A stretch of 53,787 bases of DNA. Source: Methanomassiliicoccales archaeon. Lineage in GTDB: Archaea > Thermoplasmatota > Thermoplasmata > SG8-5. The position numbers were made by a program, and so were the translations under genes. The notes beneath the pieces were generated by a model. The model searched no databases. It was given only the letters and a program-made list of their open reading frames with translations, and was not told the DNA's origin. The stretch spans positions 1 through 53,787 of the forward strand of contig JAUWNU010000002.1 of NCBI GenBank assembly GCA_030612505.1, given 5' to 3'. Positions 30,420 to 40,149 of this stretch are shown piece by piece. The first letter of the stretch is position 1. Each line of letters begins with the position of its first letter.

Positions 30420-30779
30420 ATGGAAGAATCACCAATAGGCTTCATGATACATGGCTTTAGCAAGGATGAGACCCAGCTAGTTCATGAATTCCTTCAGACC
30501 CTTGCAGGCTGCGAGATTATTCCAATCTCTGCCACTGGCATGGAAACTCTTCGTGTTGCGGAAATTTTGAACTCTGCGCCCTATGATAATTTTGCCAGTT
30601 CTGAACCGAAGATACTAATGTTCCTTGGGTTCGGGGATGATAAGATAGGCGCTGCAATGAAGCATTTTCCTGGAGAAAAGCCAATATTCTGTTCGCCCAC
30701 AGAGCAGAACCTGCAGTGGACCCTGGAATATCTTATCGAGCATCTGCTTGAGGAACGGGCATCGTTCAGCAAGAAATAA
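30420..30779 (+). CDS. DUF3783-like protein
   Basis: C-terminal PIFCSPTEQNLQWTLEYLIEHLLEE. Confidence 0.7.
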   Translation: MEESPIGFMIHGFSKDETQLVHEFLQTLAGCEIIPISATGMETLRVAEILNSAPYDNFASSEPKILMFLGFGDDKIGAAMKHFPGEKPIFCSPTEQNLQWTLEYLIEHLLEERASFSKK

Positions 30780-30809
30780 AAATATAAGCTTCCAGTACAT
30801 TCCCTATAC

Positions 30810-31550
30810 ATGAGAGAGGACTATCCATTGCCCGAGCAGGCAATGGACGATTATCCACTGCCCAAGCAGGCCACGGATGAACATCCATCACCCCAGCAGG
30901 CAATGGATGAACAGCTATTGCGCGGCAGGGATTGGAAGCTGATTCCTAATCTTTTGACATTATTCAGACTAATTATTGTAATTCCATTTATCTGTGCTCT
31001 CTGGGTTCATGAATATTACTTGGCGATTTTTCTTCTCTGGATTGCGGCGCCTACTGATATGTTGGACGGCATAATTGCCAGACGTCTTAACCAATGTTCA
31101 AGCCTGGGGCAGGTTCTGGACCTTTTTGTCGACCGAATACTTACCCTGCCAGCAGTGTTTATTATCTGGTATCAGGGCTATTTCACCGGTCAACCTCTTT
31201 ACCCCTGGCTGGCAATATTCTGGGCTGTGGTATTGATTGCAACCGATGCCACAATCATGGTTGGCGTATTGCGGTTCATTCCTCGGAAACTGGCCGATCA
31301 GAAACTAGAATTTCCTGAGCCCTCGACATTTGTCAAGCTCACCTATCCAGTGCAAATAATCGCACTCAGTTTCGTCATCGGTGTGCCGACCTGGGAGTTC
31401 AAGATTTTTTCTACCGTGGTATTCTCCGGCTATCTGATTCTGGCAAGCATCATGACCATAATGGCTGGAATCCTGTACATGAGGGTGGCTGGCTGGTTGT
31501 TTAAATCCGGAGGCACGCCCCTCAAGCCTGAGGAAAAGCCCCCTGAGTGA
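30810..31550 (+). CDS. CDP-alcohol phosphatidyltransferase
   Basis: IPNLLTLFR, TDMLDGIIARRLNQCSSLGQVLDLFVD. Confidence 0.93.
   Translation: MREDYPLPEQAMDDYPLPKQATDEHPSPQQAMDEQLLRGRDWKLIPNLLTLFRLIIVIPFICALWVHEYYLAIFLLWIAAPTDMLDGIIARRLNQCSSLGQVLDLFVDRILTLPAVFIIWYQGYFTGQPLYPWLAIFWAVVLIATDATIMVGVLRFIPRKLADQKLEFPEPSTFVKLTYPVQIIALSFVIGVPTWEFKIFSTVVFSGYLILASIMTIMAGILYMRVAGWLFKSGGTPLKPEEKPPE
30816..30914 (+). repeat. 30-bp (10-aa) tandem repeat x3 in the N-terminus of the phosphatidyltransferase
   Basis: EDYPLPEQAM / DDYPLPKQAT / DEHPSPQQAM / DEQ. Confidence 0.85.
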
Positions 31551-31651
31551 TCCTTTCTTCTCGGGGATATGACAAGGAGGTTCAAAAATAAGAAAAAAAG
31601 GGCAGCCAAGCTGCCCATTGGGGGCGGGAACTGAGAAGTTCCCAAAGGAAT

Positions 31652-33115
31652 TCACCATTTCTTTGGAGAAGTTTTCCTGATTGTTATCACCGAGATTGCA
31701 ATGACTCCCACAACTATGCCCACCATGACATAAAGGCCAATGAGACCGCCAATAACTTCCAGTGGTCCAAGATTAACACCGATGTCCAGGAAAAGTGCAT
31801 TGGAAATATAGCTGGGGTCATGGAATATGTCGTGGCCCATTGGGTAAATGTAGCCGCCCAGGAATAGAATTCCATGTACGTATCCATCATGATTTTCTCC
31901 TTCCCAGTCTATATTTTGACCGGCGTGAATTTGGAAGTACATTTCCTTCTCTTCGCCATCAACTGTCACATTGCTTACCCAGTTCATTTCGCCGACCTTC
32001 TGCCAGTTGTCCCTGAAGATGATAACATCCTTTGAAAGGCGGGTTGATTCCTCTGGTATTGTGTCGGTTGCTGTGACGTCTCCTTCTGAGCCAGTGAATG
32101 TCTCAAGCTCTGCTATTCCGATTGCATCCTCGGCTGTGGCATTGAGGAACTGAACATCCATCCAGTCCTGCACAAATGTAGGGATAAATGTTCCGAATGC
32201 TGTGGCTGTTTCCAACATGAGCAAGTTATCCTGGGATTCATAGTCCCAGTCCTTTATCCAGTGGTCGAACTTGAACTCGGTTGTAAGGCTTGTTCCGGTG
32301 TATGTTCTTGATTCCATCTCTGTTGAAGCAATTGGTGCTCCGTCTGCATATGTGACCCTGTACCATGGAACACTTACATTGAACTCGTCCAGTACTGTGC
32401 CAAGATGGAACTGGAAGGCAATATCGTGAACCTTTCCGTCTGCCTCGGTTCCTGCTCTTGAACCATCTTCATTCTCTGCTGGCTCATTGTCCCATATCTT
32501 ATCGTATAGAACATTCTTGGCACTGAGTGTGAAGGTCCATTCCTTCTCTGTTGTTCCAAGGGTCCTTGTTTCCTCTATCTCCGAGCGCTCCCATGACCTG
32601 TTTAAATCTACTATCTTATACACTGGCTCCAATGAACCAAGTGCGAAATCGTCAATTGTTCCGCCTGCTCCCTGGAAATCGAAGAGGCCGTTTCCAGCGC
32701 CGTATCTCTCGCCGCTGAATGGCTCCAGATATCCGTCATCACTGAACTCGATTAACATGGCCAGCTTCTGAATGTAAATTGTCAGCACTGGTATCCCGGT
32801 TGCAGGAACCATCATTGCTCCATCTTCATTCCGAATCTCTGCGCCGCCAAGGAATCTGAGATGGGCTGATACGATTGTTACGGAATTTGAATGCGTCTCA
32901 TTGCCGTAAACAACTCCGAACCAGGCTGTAGAATCGCCCTTGGTCATGTTCAATGCCACATAGTCGCCTCCCTCCCACTCGGTGGTGGAGCCAACTTCTA
33001 TGGCCAGATGATCTTCAATACTCAATACTTCGGCCCTGACAGTGGTTGCAGGTCCAAAGGCGCACAGTCCCAGCATGAGAGCGGCGAACACCGCCCCAAA
33101 CATTATTATTTTCAT
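31652..33115 (-). CDS. Secreted acidic protein with C-terminal membrane anchor
   Basis: Signal peptide, KFDHWI and IFHDP motifs, C-terminal TM plus basic tail. Confidence 0.8.
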   Translation of the reverse strand: MKIIMFGAVFAALMLGLCAFGPATTVRAEVLSIEDHLAIEVGSTTEWEGGDYVALNMTKGDSTAWFGVVYGNETHSNSVTIVSAHLRFLGGAEIRNEDGAMMVPATGIPVLTIYIQKLAMLIEFSDDGYLEPFSGERYGAGNGLFDFQGAGGTIDDFALGSLEPVYKIVDLNRSWERSEIEETRTLGTTEKEWTFTLSAKNVLYDKIWDNEPAENEDGSRAGTEADGKVHDIAFQFHLGTVLDEFNVSVPWYRVTYADGAPIASTEMESRTYTGTSLTTEFKFDHWIKDWDYESQDNLLMLETATAFGTFIPTFVQDWMDVQFLNATAEDAIGIAELETFTGSEGDVTATDTIPEESTRLSKDVIIFRDNWQKVGEMNWVSNVTVDGEEKEMYFQIHAGQNIDWEGENHDGYVHGILFLGGYIYPMGHDIFHDPSYISNALFLDIGVNLGPLEVIGGLIGLYVMVGIVVGVIAISVITIRKTSPKKW

Positions 33116-33255
33116 TTTTTATTCCTCCATTTTATTTTTCCATTTTTTACTTGTTGAGAGAAATATGCCGGATTAGGGGTATATAAACCCCCGAATCTCT
33201 TTTCCTGCACAATGTTTCTGAGGGTTTTTTATACCAAAAACTCGGATTTAGTACT

Positions 33256-34062
33256 ATGAAAAAGGATGTTAGAGCTGTTGAGAATCCCATATCTGCAATG
33301 TTCGACCTTTCGGAAGATGTGGCGCAGCAGGCCCCTAATATCAAGAGCCTGGTGCATTATGCATCTGCTTTTATTATTGTCTGGCTGATTATTAATGTTT
33401 TTCTTGGATTAGCATTATTAGTAACCGGGCAATTATTTCTCATGCTCATAATGCTGGTGCTGTTCATCATGGGCGTTACATCGCTGATCTTACTTAGACG
33501 GATCAATCACTTTTTCAAATATTTTGTGGCCAGGCAGCGGGCAATTACCGCAGTTCGGCAGATGGACCCAATGGTCTATGCCCCTAAGGGAAATAACGTG
33601 ACAGAAAGACTGGTGACATATTTCAGGGCCAGCCTTCCAGCCTTCCAGCGAAAAGAGGTTGAAGTTGCTATGCCAGGTATTGTTCAGGGAGTGCACGGCA
33701 CAGAATACCGTTTTGACGCGTACATCAAGGAGCCAGCAAGTGGGGCATGGAAGTCCATGGGCCTTGGGGCACATGGGTTCAGTGTTTTTATCAAGGCCTT
33801 CAAAGAACCACCAACTGTGAAAGATCTTCAAGCTCTGAAAAAGGCAGTGGAGGACGTCAGCCAGCGCACCGGTATCCCACCAGTGCGGGTAATAGCACTC
33901 TGGGAGCGGGACGAGGACCAGATTATCTCCGATGCAGCATACAACTTTGTAATGAACAATCAGGTGGAAATAAAGTTCAAGTCCAGGAAGCTAAAATGTG
34001 CAATGGAGATTGTTTCCGAGACCGAAGGTTCATATGATTTTATCCCGTATATTGTTCAATGA
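33256..34062 (+). CDS. Two-TM protein with possible restriction-endonuclease-like C-terminal fold
   Basis: Two TM helices, then VQGVHGTEYRFDAY…VFIK. Confidence 0.6.
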   Translation: MKKDVRAVENPISAMFDLSEDVAQQAPNIKSLVHYASAFIIVWLIINVFLGLALLVTGQLFLMLIMLVLFIMGVTSLILLRRINHFFKYFVARQRAITAVRQMDPMVYAPKGNNVTERLVTYFRASLPAFQRKEVEVAMPGIVQGVHGTEYRFDAYIKEPASGAWKSMGLGAHGFSVFIKAFKEPPTVKDLQALKKAVEDVSQRTGIPPVRVIALWERDEDQIISDAAYNFVMNNQVEIKFKSRKLKCAMEIVSETEGSYDFIPYIVQ

Positions 34063-34089
34063 ATTAGGCCGCTAGAATCGAAGGCTGAA

Positions 34090-34319
34090 CCAATCATGCC
34101 CCGTCTGTGAGCACGATACTTCGTGCGAAGTAGGCTGAAAACCGAAGGGTTTCAGCTGTGGAGGGCGGGGTTGTACCATCCAATTTCTCTGAATTGGATG
34201 AGTTGACACCGATTCTTTTTCTTTCAAACTTTGGATGCCCCGTCCGTGAACACGATTTTTCGTGTGAAGTAGGCTGAAAGCCAAAGGGTTTCAGCTGTGG
34301 AGGGCGGGGAGGTGGTCGC
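34090..34319 (+). repeat. IS200/IS605-like hairpin MITE, copy F (both terminal hairpins carry the loop insert)
   Basis: Two near-identical ~75-bp units separated by CATCCAATT/AATTGGATG and a T-rich spacer; lies between convergent genes. Confidence 0.88.
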
Positions 34320-34372
34320 CACCGGCATGCAGCCCATGGAACACTGCCCACCAGGGGTCAAGCCCTGGAACC

Positions 34373-34765
34373 TCACTCCCCATCAAACCAGTAAGGCATA
34401 TTGCGGAACCGATAATGATCCTTGATCTGCTCCCTGTAAAGCTCATTGTAGAATGCATTGAACTTTCTGATATGCAGCACACCTTCCTTGGTAATGAATA
34501 TCCGATAACGGCCGTCAATCTTCTCCATGTGGATGAACCCGTCCTCTTTCAGCCACCCTATAACTTTCTCGGTCATGTAGTGATTCGACTTAATTTCGTG
34601 TTTGATGTCCTCTTTTGACAGCGGTTTTGCATGTTCTTCCAGAAGATTATCAAGTTTATCTTCCAGGCCAGACTGATAAATATCTATGCCAAGTTCTGAG
34701 ACTAACCTGTTTAGAACGAAGCAGCCGTATATCTTGCTGTCCTTGTAACGTCTCTCCTCTGGCAT
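34373..34765 (-). CDS. Winged-helix protein
   Basis: WLKEDGFI…YRIFITKEG wing motif. Confidence 0.7.
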   Translation of the reverse strand: MPEERRYKDSKIYGCFVLNRLVSELGIDIYQSGLEDKLDNLLEEHAKPLSKEDIKHEIKSNHYMTEKVIGWLKEDGFIHMEKIDGRYRIFITKEGVLHIRKFNAFYNELYREQIKDHYRFRNMPYWFDGE

Positions 34766-34870
34766 CGTGTTGATATTGTTCATCTGATATAAGAGAATTA
34801 TCAATACTGATTTTCATTATTGAGAATATTCTGCAACCCCTTATATTCTCCCGACTTAATTTGCCTTCTC

Positions 34871-35047
34871 ATGGAAATGGAAGAATATGATATTATGGAA
34901 AAACCCACATATGAAACCTTCAGAAGTCAGAACGGCTCCTGGGTCGAATGTTCCGGCTGCCGAGCAATAATGTACGATACCTTCGGCAATTGCTGGTCCT
35001 GCGGCTCTGCCATGACCGAAGAAAATAAAGTGCCAGTTATTTTGTAA
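34871..35047 (+). CDS. Small zinc-ribbon protein
   Basis: WVECSGC…CWSCGS; exact start uncertain. Confidence 0.6.
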   Translation: MEMEEYDIMEKPTYETFRSQNGSWVECSGCRAIMYDTFGNCWSCGSAMTEENKVPVIL

Positions 35048-35104
35048 TCGTCTGTTTAAATTGGCACTTTTTTGTTATATTTAATGTAATATATATTTAA
35101 TAGG

Positions 35105-36250
35105 TTATTTTGTTAAAACTATGCCAAGTATCATAAACCCGGAAACAGCATAGGCCAGTCTCACATCTCCAGTGGTAAACAGCACAATGGCGCAAAGCAC
35201 CGCGCCTAAAATTCTACCGGTGTTCAGCAGCAATTCCCTGGTTAAAGATAAAGAAGTTTTCTGCTTTTCCATACGGTCGCTAGCCATGGCAAAAAGTAAT
35301 ATTGGAATCATGGGCAGTACAAGGTATAGTCCGCATATTAGAATCAGGAACCATGCAAGGTCCGGAGCTATGGATACAAGCATGACAAGCGGCGCAGCCA
35401 GTAATGCGGCAATTTGGACATATCTATGCCTTTTACCTTTTTTATCGGATACTCTGGCAACAATAATAGAGGCAATTCCGCCGGCCAGGGCAAATAGTGC
35501 GAAAACATAGCCCAGATTAGCTTCTCCCTCAATAAAAATCATTGAAATCAGAGGAATAGTGGTGAACCAGATGCCTTCCTGGCCTCCTTCGAAGAAAAAG
35601 CCTGCTGCAAGTCTTGGCTTCATTCTTTTTAATGTCAGGCGGCCTTTCATTGGTTTTGAAACAGTGTTCGGGCTGATGATTATCAGTATAGCATTGCTCA
35701 GAAGCGCTATAAATGCGCATCCGAATAGAAAGACATATCCCAGACCGTCAATAAGATAACCGCCGATTATAGGGCTTATAAGGCCTATTATCGGGAACAC
35801 CAGAAAGAAGTATCCGATGCTTTCCCCGCGATTTTGCTTGCTGGTGGTGCGGAGCATCAGCACATTGAATGGAACCCAGAAGCATACTATGTAAAACCCG
35901 AAGAATATTGGAGCAACAAATAGCAGCCAGTACCCCTCCATAAAAGTAAAGCTCAGATAAAACAAACTCACTGTAATCATGCCCAGGGCCATCCATCTCT
36001 TTGGACGGCCGAAGCCCCTTTTTGCGAATACCAGGCACAGAATACTGGCAGTTATGAACCCGATTAAATAGAATAGGGATGCCTCGAAAACAGAAAATCC
36101 TGTGTTCACCAAATATACAATACTAAAAACACCGGCCAGAGTTCCTGCCAGTGTCACAAGCGATTCAATTGTTATTAGATGGGCAATGTCCTTGCGCATG
36201 AGGCGGGATTGCCTGGCAGTATATCTAAATATGCGGTATGGTATTTCCAA
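35105..36250 (-). CDS. MFS transporter
   Basis: About 12 hydrophobic segments; ARVSDKKGKR motif-A-like. Confidence 0.88.
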   Translation of the reverse strand: MEIPYRIFRYTARQSRLMRKDIAHLITIESLVTLAGTLAGVFSIVYLVNTGFSVFEASLFYLIGFITASILCLVFAKRGFGRPKRWMALGMITVSLFYLSFTFMEGYWLLFVAPIFFGFYIVCFWVPFNVLMLRTTSKQNRGESIGYFFLVFPIIGLISPIIGGYLIDGLGYVFLFGCAFIALLSNAILIIISPNTVSKPMKGRLTLKRMKPRLAAGFFFEGGQEGIWFTTIPLISMIFIEGEANLGYVFALFALAGGIASIIVARVSDKKGKRHRYVQIAALLAAPLVMLVSIAPDLAWFLILICGLYLVLPMIPILLFAMASDRMEKQKTSLSLTRELLLNTGRILGAVLCAIVLFTTGDVRLAYAVSGFMILGIVLTK

Positions 36251-36476
36251 TCATGAGCTGCCACTTTTTTCTTTTTACTGCTCACTGCGCTGGCTCACCC
36301 TCCTGCGTCAAACCAGGGTTTGACAAAATAGATGCGTCCTGGGAAGTTTGGCCAACGCATCTAAAAAAGAAAAAAGACGGACAAAATAAGAAAACTCGGG
36401 TGAGCATGCTCGTTCGCAGAAGTGGTTGTTTCCCAAATTCATTAATAGGCTTAATCTCAATTACTAGTTGATATAA

Positions 36477-36836
36477 ATGAGCTGCCTCAATGAACTCTTC
36501 CAGCCAATATGCCAGGAAGTGCAAACCCAGTTGAAGAAGTATCTCAGCGGCATCTTAACTGCTGGCTTCATCAAACCATACATGCCGCAGCACTGGGTGT
36601 TTATCACAGAGCAGGAAACCATCACTTTCATGGTTGACAAGAAGGGCAATACCTCGGTGGAAGATGGGGAAAGTGAAACACCGGACGTAACAATAAAAAT
36701 TGACCATGATTTTCTCTGCCAGGCCCTGAAGACTCGGGAAAAGCCGGACTTTGAGCCGAAACATTTTGATATTAGTTTTCAGACGAAGAAGGGTGAGACT
36801 GCGTTTGGGTATTTGAGAAAGCATCTGGGGCTTTAG
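36477..36836 (+). CDS. SCP2-like (sterol-carrier fold) protein
   Basis: VEDGESETPDVTIKID pattern. Confidence 0.55.
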   Translation: MSCLNELFQPICQEVQTQLKKYLSGILTAGFIKPYMPQHWVFITEQETITFMVDKKGNTSVEDGESETPDVTIKIDHDFLCQALKTREKPDFEPKHFDISFQTKKGETAFGYLRKHLGL

Positions 36837-37122
36837 AAATATGCTTTCTCCACTATACTGTCAGATAGTTGAATGCAACTTGCAACATTAATTAACAGAG
36901 CATTCGACAATGGCATGAAAACGAATGAAAGATAAATCAAATACCATACTACTCGCAACATATTCACAGCAATCGTTGGATTCGATAGTTAAATCAAATT
37001 AGATATAGAATCCGACCTGATTGAGCAATTTCCCAATAAACATAATCAAAAAATTCCGTAATCTCGTAACCAGCATTCTAAAGACAAAGAGATTATGGTG
37101 AGAAAACATTTGGGGCTTTGAA

Positions 37123-37213
37123 AGTACTTTCGCTGACCCAAAATTCCAGTTTATATACATCAATTATCTATTATTAATTGATGGTTGCACTGGACAAGAT
37201 AGCAAGACTGGCC
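37123..37213 (+). repeat. Direct repeat of the radical-SAM gene promoter and first codons (other copy 38276..38366)
   Basis: AGTACTTTCGCTGACCCAAAATTCCAGTTTATATACATCAATTA is identical in both copies; both continue into MVALDKIA. Confidence 0.9.
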
Positions 37214-37302
37214 AATTCATTAATGCCTACTCTATTGACGTATGGCCACGCCCCCATTGGATTTTAGAAAGATTTAAATAAAATTGTGGCCATACAGGGT
37301 AT

Positions 37303-38238
37303 ATGGTGAGCATAGAAAAGATAAAAAGAGGCGATAAAACATATTTCTATATCAGCAAGAATTTTAGAACAGACAAGAATAAATGGAAAAAGATACGAAA
37401 GTATGTGGGAAATGAGGAGCCAACAAAGGAACTGGTAGCAAAGATAGCAAAAGACATAGAGGAAGAAGCAAAGGCACTGGGCCTGATAAAGGAGTTGCAG
37501 GAATTCAAATATATCACCGACCATGAGGCCGAAGTTCTGGAGGATGTAAGGCAGGATTACATGGGGTGGTGGAATACCTTGCCCGACGAGTCAAAGAAGA
37601 AGTATCTCGATGATTTTCTGGTCCGATTCACTTACAACTCAAATGCAATAGAGGGCAATACATTGAGCCTGAGAGATACGCATTTGATACTGCAGGACAA
37701 TATAATTCCCACAGATGCGACAAGCTATGAGTATCACGAGGTCGTTAATAGCAGAAAATGCATGGATTTTGTAAAAAAATACTCCGGCGATCTGAACAAG
37801 ACCTTCGTTCTCAAAGTACATTTATTATTGAGTGAAAATACCTCGATAAAAATGACTGGCAAATACAGGGACCATGATGTTATCATAGGCGGTTCCGAGC
37901 ATATTCCCCCGCCATACATGGAAGTCCAGAAATTGATGGATAGTTTCTTTGTATGGTACAATAATAACAAGAAAAAGCTGCATCCTTTGGAATTGGCCTG
38001 TCTGGTTCACACAAAGTTCGTAAGGATACATCCATTTAGTGATGGCAATGGAAGAACATCAAGGGTTCTGACCAATTTTATACTTTATAAATACGGATAT
38101 CCCATGTTCATCATCGAGAACAAAAACAGAAATATTTACTACAAGGCCCTGGAATCATCGGACAGTGGAGATGAGCGGACATTTGTAAAGTTCATATTCG
38201 ATAATTTGATTGGCCAGCTCAAGGAAAGGGTGGCATAA
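37303..38238 (+). CDS. fic: Fic-family protein
   Basis: TYNSNAIEGNTL and canonical HPFSDGNGRTSR. Confidence 0.95.
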   Translation: MVSIEKIKRGDKTYFYISKNFRTDKNKWKKIRKYVGNEEPTKELVAKIAKDIEEEAKALGLIKELQEFKYITDHEAEVLEDVRQDYMGWWNTLPDESKKKYLDDFLVRFTYNSNAIEGNTLSLRDTHLILQDNIIPTDATSYEYHEVVNSRKCMDFVKKYSGDLNKTFVLKVHLLLSENTSIKMTGKYRDHDVIIGGSEHIPPPYMEVQKLMDSFFVWYNNNKKKLHPLELACLVHTKFVRIHPFSDGNGRTSRVLTNFILYKYGYPMFIIENKNRNIYYKALESSDSGDERTFVKFIFDNLIGQLKERVA

Positions 38239-38333
38239 TTAATATCTTATTATAAACAATGAAATTGTGGTGTTTAGTACTTTCGCTGACCCAAAATTCC
38301 AGTTTATATACATCAATTAACTACAGTAAATTG

Positions 38334-39557
38334 ATGGTTGCACTCGATAAGATAGCAAAGTTGGCAGTAGGCAGTCAATTCGACACCACTGGCCCTGATA
38401 TTTATTCCAGCCCTATCGATTTAAAAAAGGTTGATATTCTGGGGCAGGGAACAAAGCATGATACCTGCGCTTCCACTGCCTCAAAGCGGAAAGTGCAAGA
38501 GTCACCTGGCAGGATTGGTGACGTAATGTCATCAGGCATATGCCATGCCTTTGCTCCAGACGGCCGCTGCGTGTCGCTGTTCAAAACTCTATTCACGAAT
38601 GCGTGCCAGCATAATTGTTCGTATTGTCCAAATAGCACTAAAAGTTCCGGCGCTGGGATTGTGAGTTATACTCCCGAGGAACTGGCCAGGATTACTATCC
38701 AGCTCTACCGGGCCAATACCATTGAAGGGCTTTTTCTGAGTTCTGGGGTGGCCGGAGATGAAACAAAGATGATGGACCAGATGATTGAGGCAGTAGAATT
38801 ATTGCGGCATAAATATAATTTTGCAGGATATATTCATTTGAAGATACTGCCAGGTACTTCCCACAGCCACATAAAACATGCCATGGAACTGGTTGATAGA
38901 GTTAGTTTGAATATTGAAAGTCCCAGCAAGAGCCACATGCATGAGCTTTCCAGCACGAAAGATTATCAAAACGACATTTTGCAGCGCCAGAGGTATATCC
39001 GCGATCTGGTTTCAAAAGACCGGCTTCCGGCAGGCCAGACAACTCAATTCATTGTTGGCGCCGCAGATGAATCTGACAAGGAAATATTCACCCGGATGTT
39101 GTATGAGTACAATGTCATGAACCTGAAAAGGCAGTACTTTGCTGCCTTTCAATCAGTGAATGGCACAGAACTTGAAAAGAACAAGTCACAGCCAAGATGG
39201 CGCGAGAATCGCCTTTATCAGATTGACTGGCTTCATAGAATTTACAAGTTTGATAGAAAGGAAATGAATTTTGCTTTCAATGATGATGGCTTTCTGGGAA
39301 ACAGAGATCCAAAATGGACAATCGCAACAAATATTTTTGACGGGCCAGTGGATCCCAATACTGCAAGTCATGAGGAGCTTTTGAGAGTTCCAGGCATAGG
39401 CCCGAAAAGTGCGTATCGGATAGTTAATATCCGCAAGAAAGAGCCAATTGTGAAGAAAGTTCAATTGAAACGTATTGGCGTGAGAGTGAATCATGCAAGA
39501 ACATTCCTCAAGCTCAATGGCTGGCAGGATACTACTTTGAAGGGGTATTTGCAATGA
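38334..39557 (+). CDS. Putative DNA modification/repair radical SAM protein with HhH
   Basis: GICHAFAPDGRCVSLFK, CQHNCSYC, RENRLYQIDWL, LLRVPGIGPKSA. Confidence 0.92.
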   Translation: MVALDKIAKLAVGSQFDTTGPDIYSSPIDLKKVDILGQGTKHDTCASTASKRKVQESPGRIGDVMSSGICHAFAPDGRCVSLFKTLFTNACQHNCSYCPNSTKSSGAGIVSYTPEELARITIQLYRANTIEGLFLSSGVAGDETKMMDQMIEAVELLRHKYNFAGYIHLKILPGTSHSHIKHAMELVDRVSLNIESPSKSHMHELSSTKDYQNDILQRQRYIRDLVSKDRLPAGQTTQFIVGAADESDKEIFTRMLYEYNVMNLKRQYFAAFQSVNGTELEKNKSQPRWRENRLYQIDWLHRIYKFDRKEMNFAFNDDGFLGNRDPKWTIATNIFDGPVDPNTASHEELLRVPGIGPKSAYRIVNIRKKEPIVKKVQLKRIGVRVNHARTFLKLNGWQDTTLKGYLQ

Positions 39558-40147
39558 GCCCATTTCCCACTAATTTTTTGAAAATACTGGAACTTCATGA
39601 AAAGTGCAATTCCACTGTTCTAAGAAAAGCATCTGATATCTGTCCAAATGATGTGGATATTTCCATGGACCCGGAGGTCATAAAAATTCGAAGAATGGTG
39701 AACAGCGTTCTCGGGGAGAACCATATGATGAAGTCCTTTGTGAGATTAAAGCCCCAGGGCCAGAAAGTATTATTCGGTTACATGAAGCCCCAGCATGATG
39801 TCTGGCTATTGGTTTCAACATTCTTTGCCCACCGTTTTCCTGATACTGTAATTGTTCTTGGAAATAATACCAAGAGCTGGGTAACTATCTATGACGGAAA
39901 CACCATAAAGCACTCCCAGGCAAAGTCCCTGACTAGTACTTTGAAAGAACTAGAAGACATCTTTGGGGAGAGTGACGTCGAAGAACCAAAGGAGCTATGG
40001 GATACATATTACTGGAGCCAGTACCGCCCAGAAGCTAAAAATACGAAATATTTCAAGCAGAATGTGCGGCAGAAGTACATGAAGGCAGTGGGACTTCATG
40101 CTGATACTGACAGCGGCCTCAAGACACTGGATGATTTTACTGATTAA
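39554..40147 (+). CDS. DUF4130-like partner of the radical SAM protein
   Basis: ENHMMKSFVRL, PQHDV, FAHRF, LWDTYY; ATGA overlap. Confidence 0.85.
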   Translation: MSPFPTNFLKILELHEKCNSTVLRKASDICPNDVDISMDPEVIKIRRMVNSVLGENHMMKSFVRLKPQGQKVLFGYMKPQHDVWLLVSTFFAHRFPDTVIVLGNNTKSWVTIYDGNTIKHSQAKSLTSTLKELEDIFGESDVEEPKELWDTYYWSQYRPEAKNTKYFKQNVRQKYMKAVGLHADTDSGLKTLDDFTD

Positions 40148-40149
40148 AT

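Noticed and set aside
11248..34319. Repeats as a CRISPR array
   Set aside because: They are dispersed, variable in length and orientation, lack a regular repeat-spacer period, and no cas genes are present.
16434..34351. Short ORFs sharing RPPQLKSFGFQPTSH (16434..16646, 20975..21229, 34072..34284, 34094..34351)
   Set aside because: They are translations of the hairpin repeat in differing contexts, with no consistent start or RBS.
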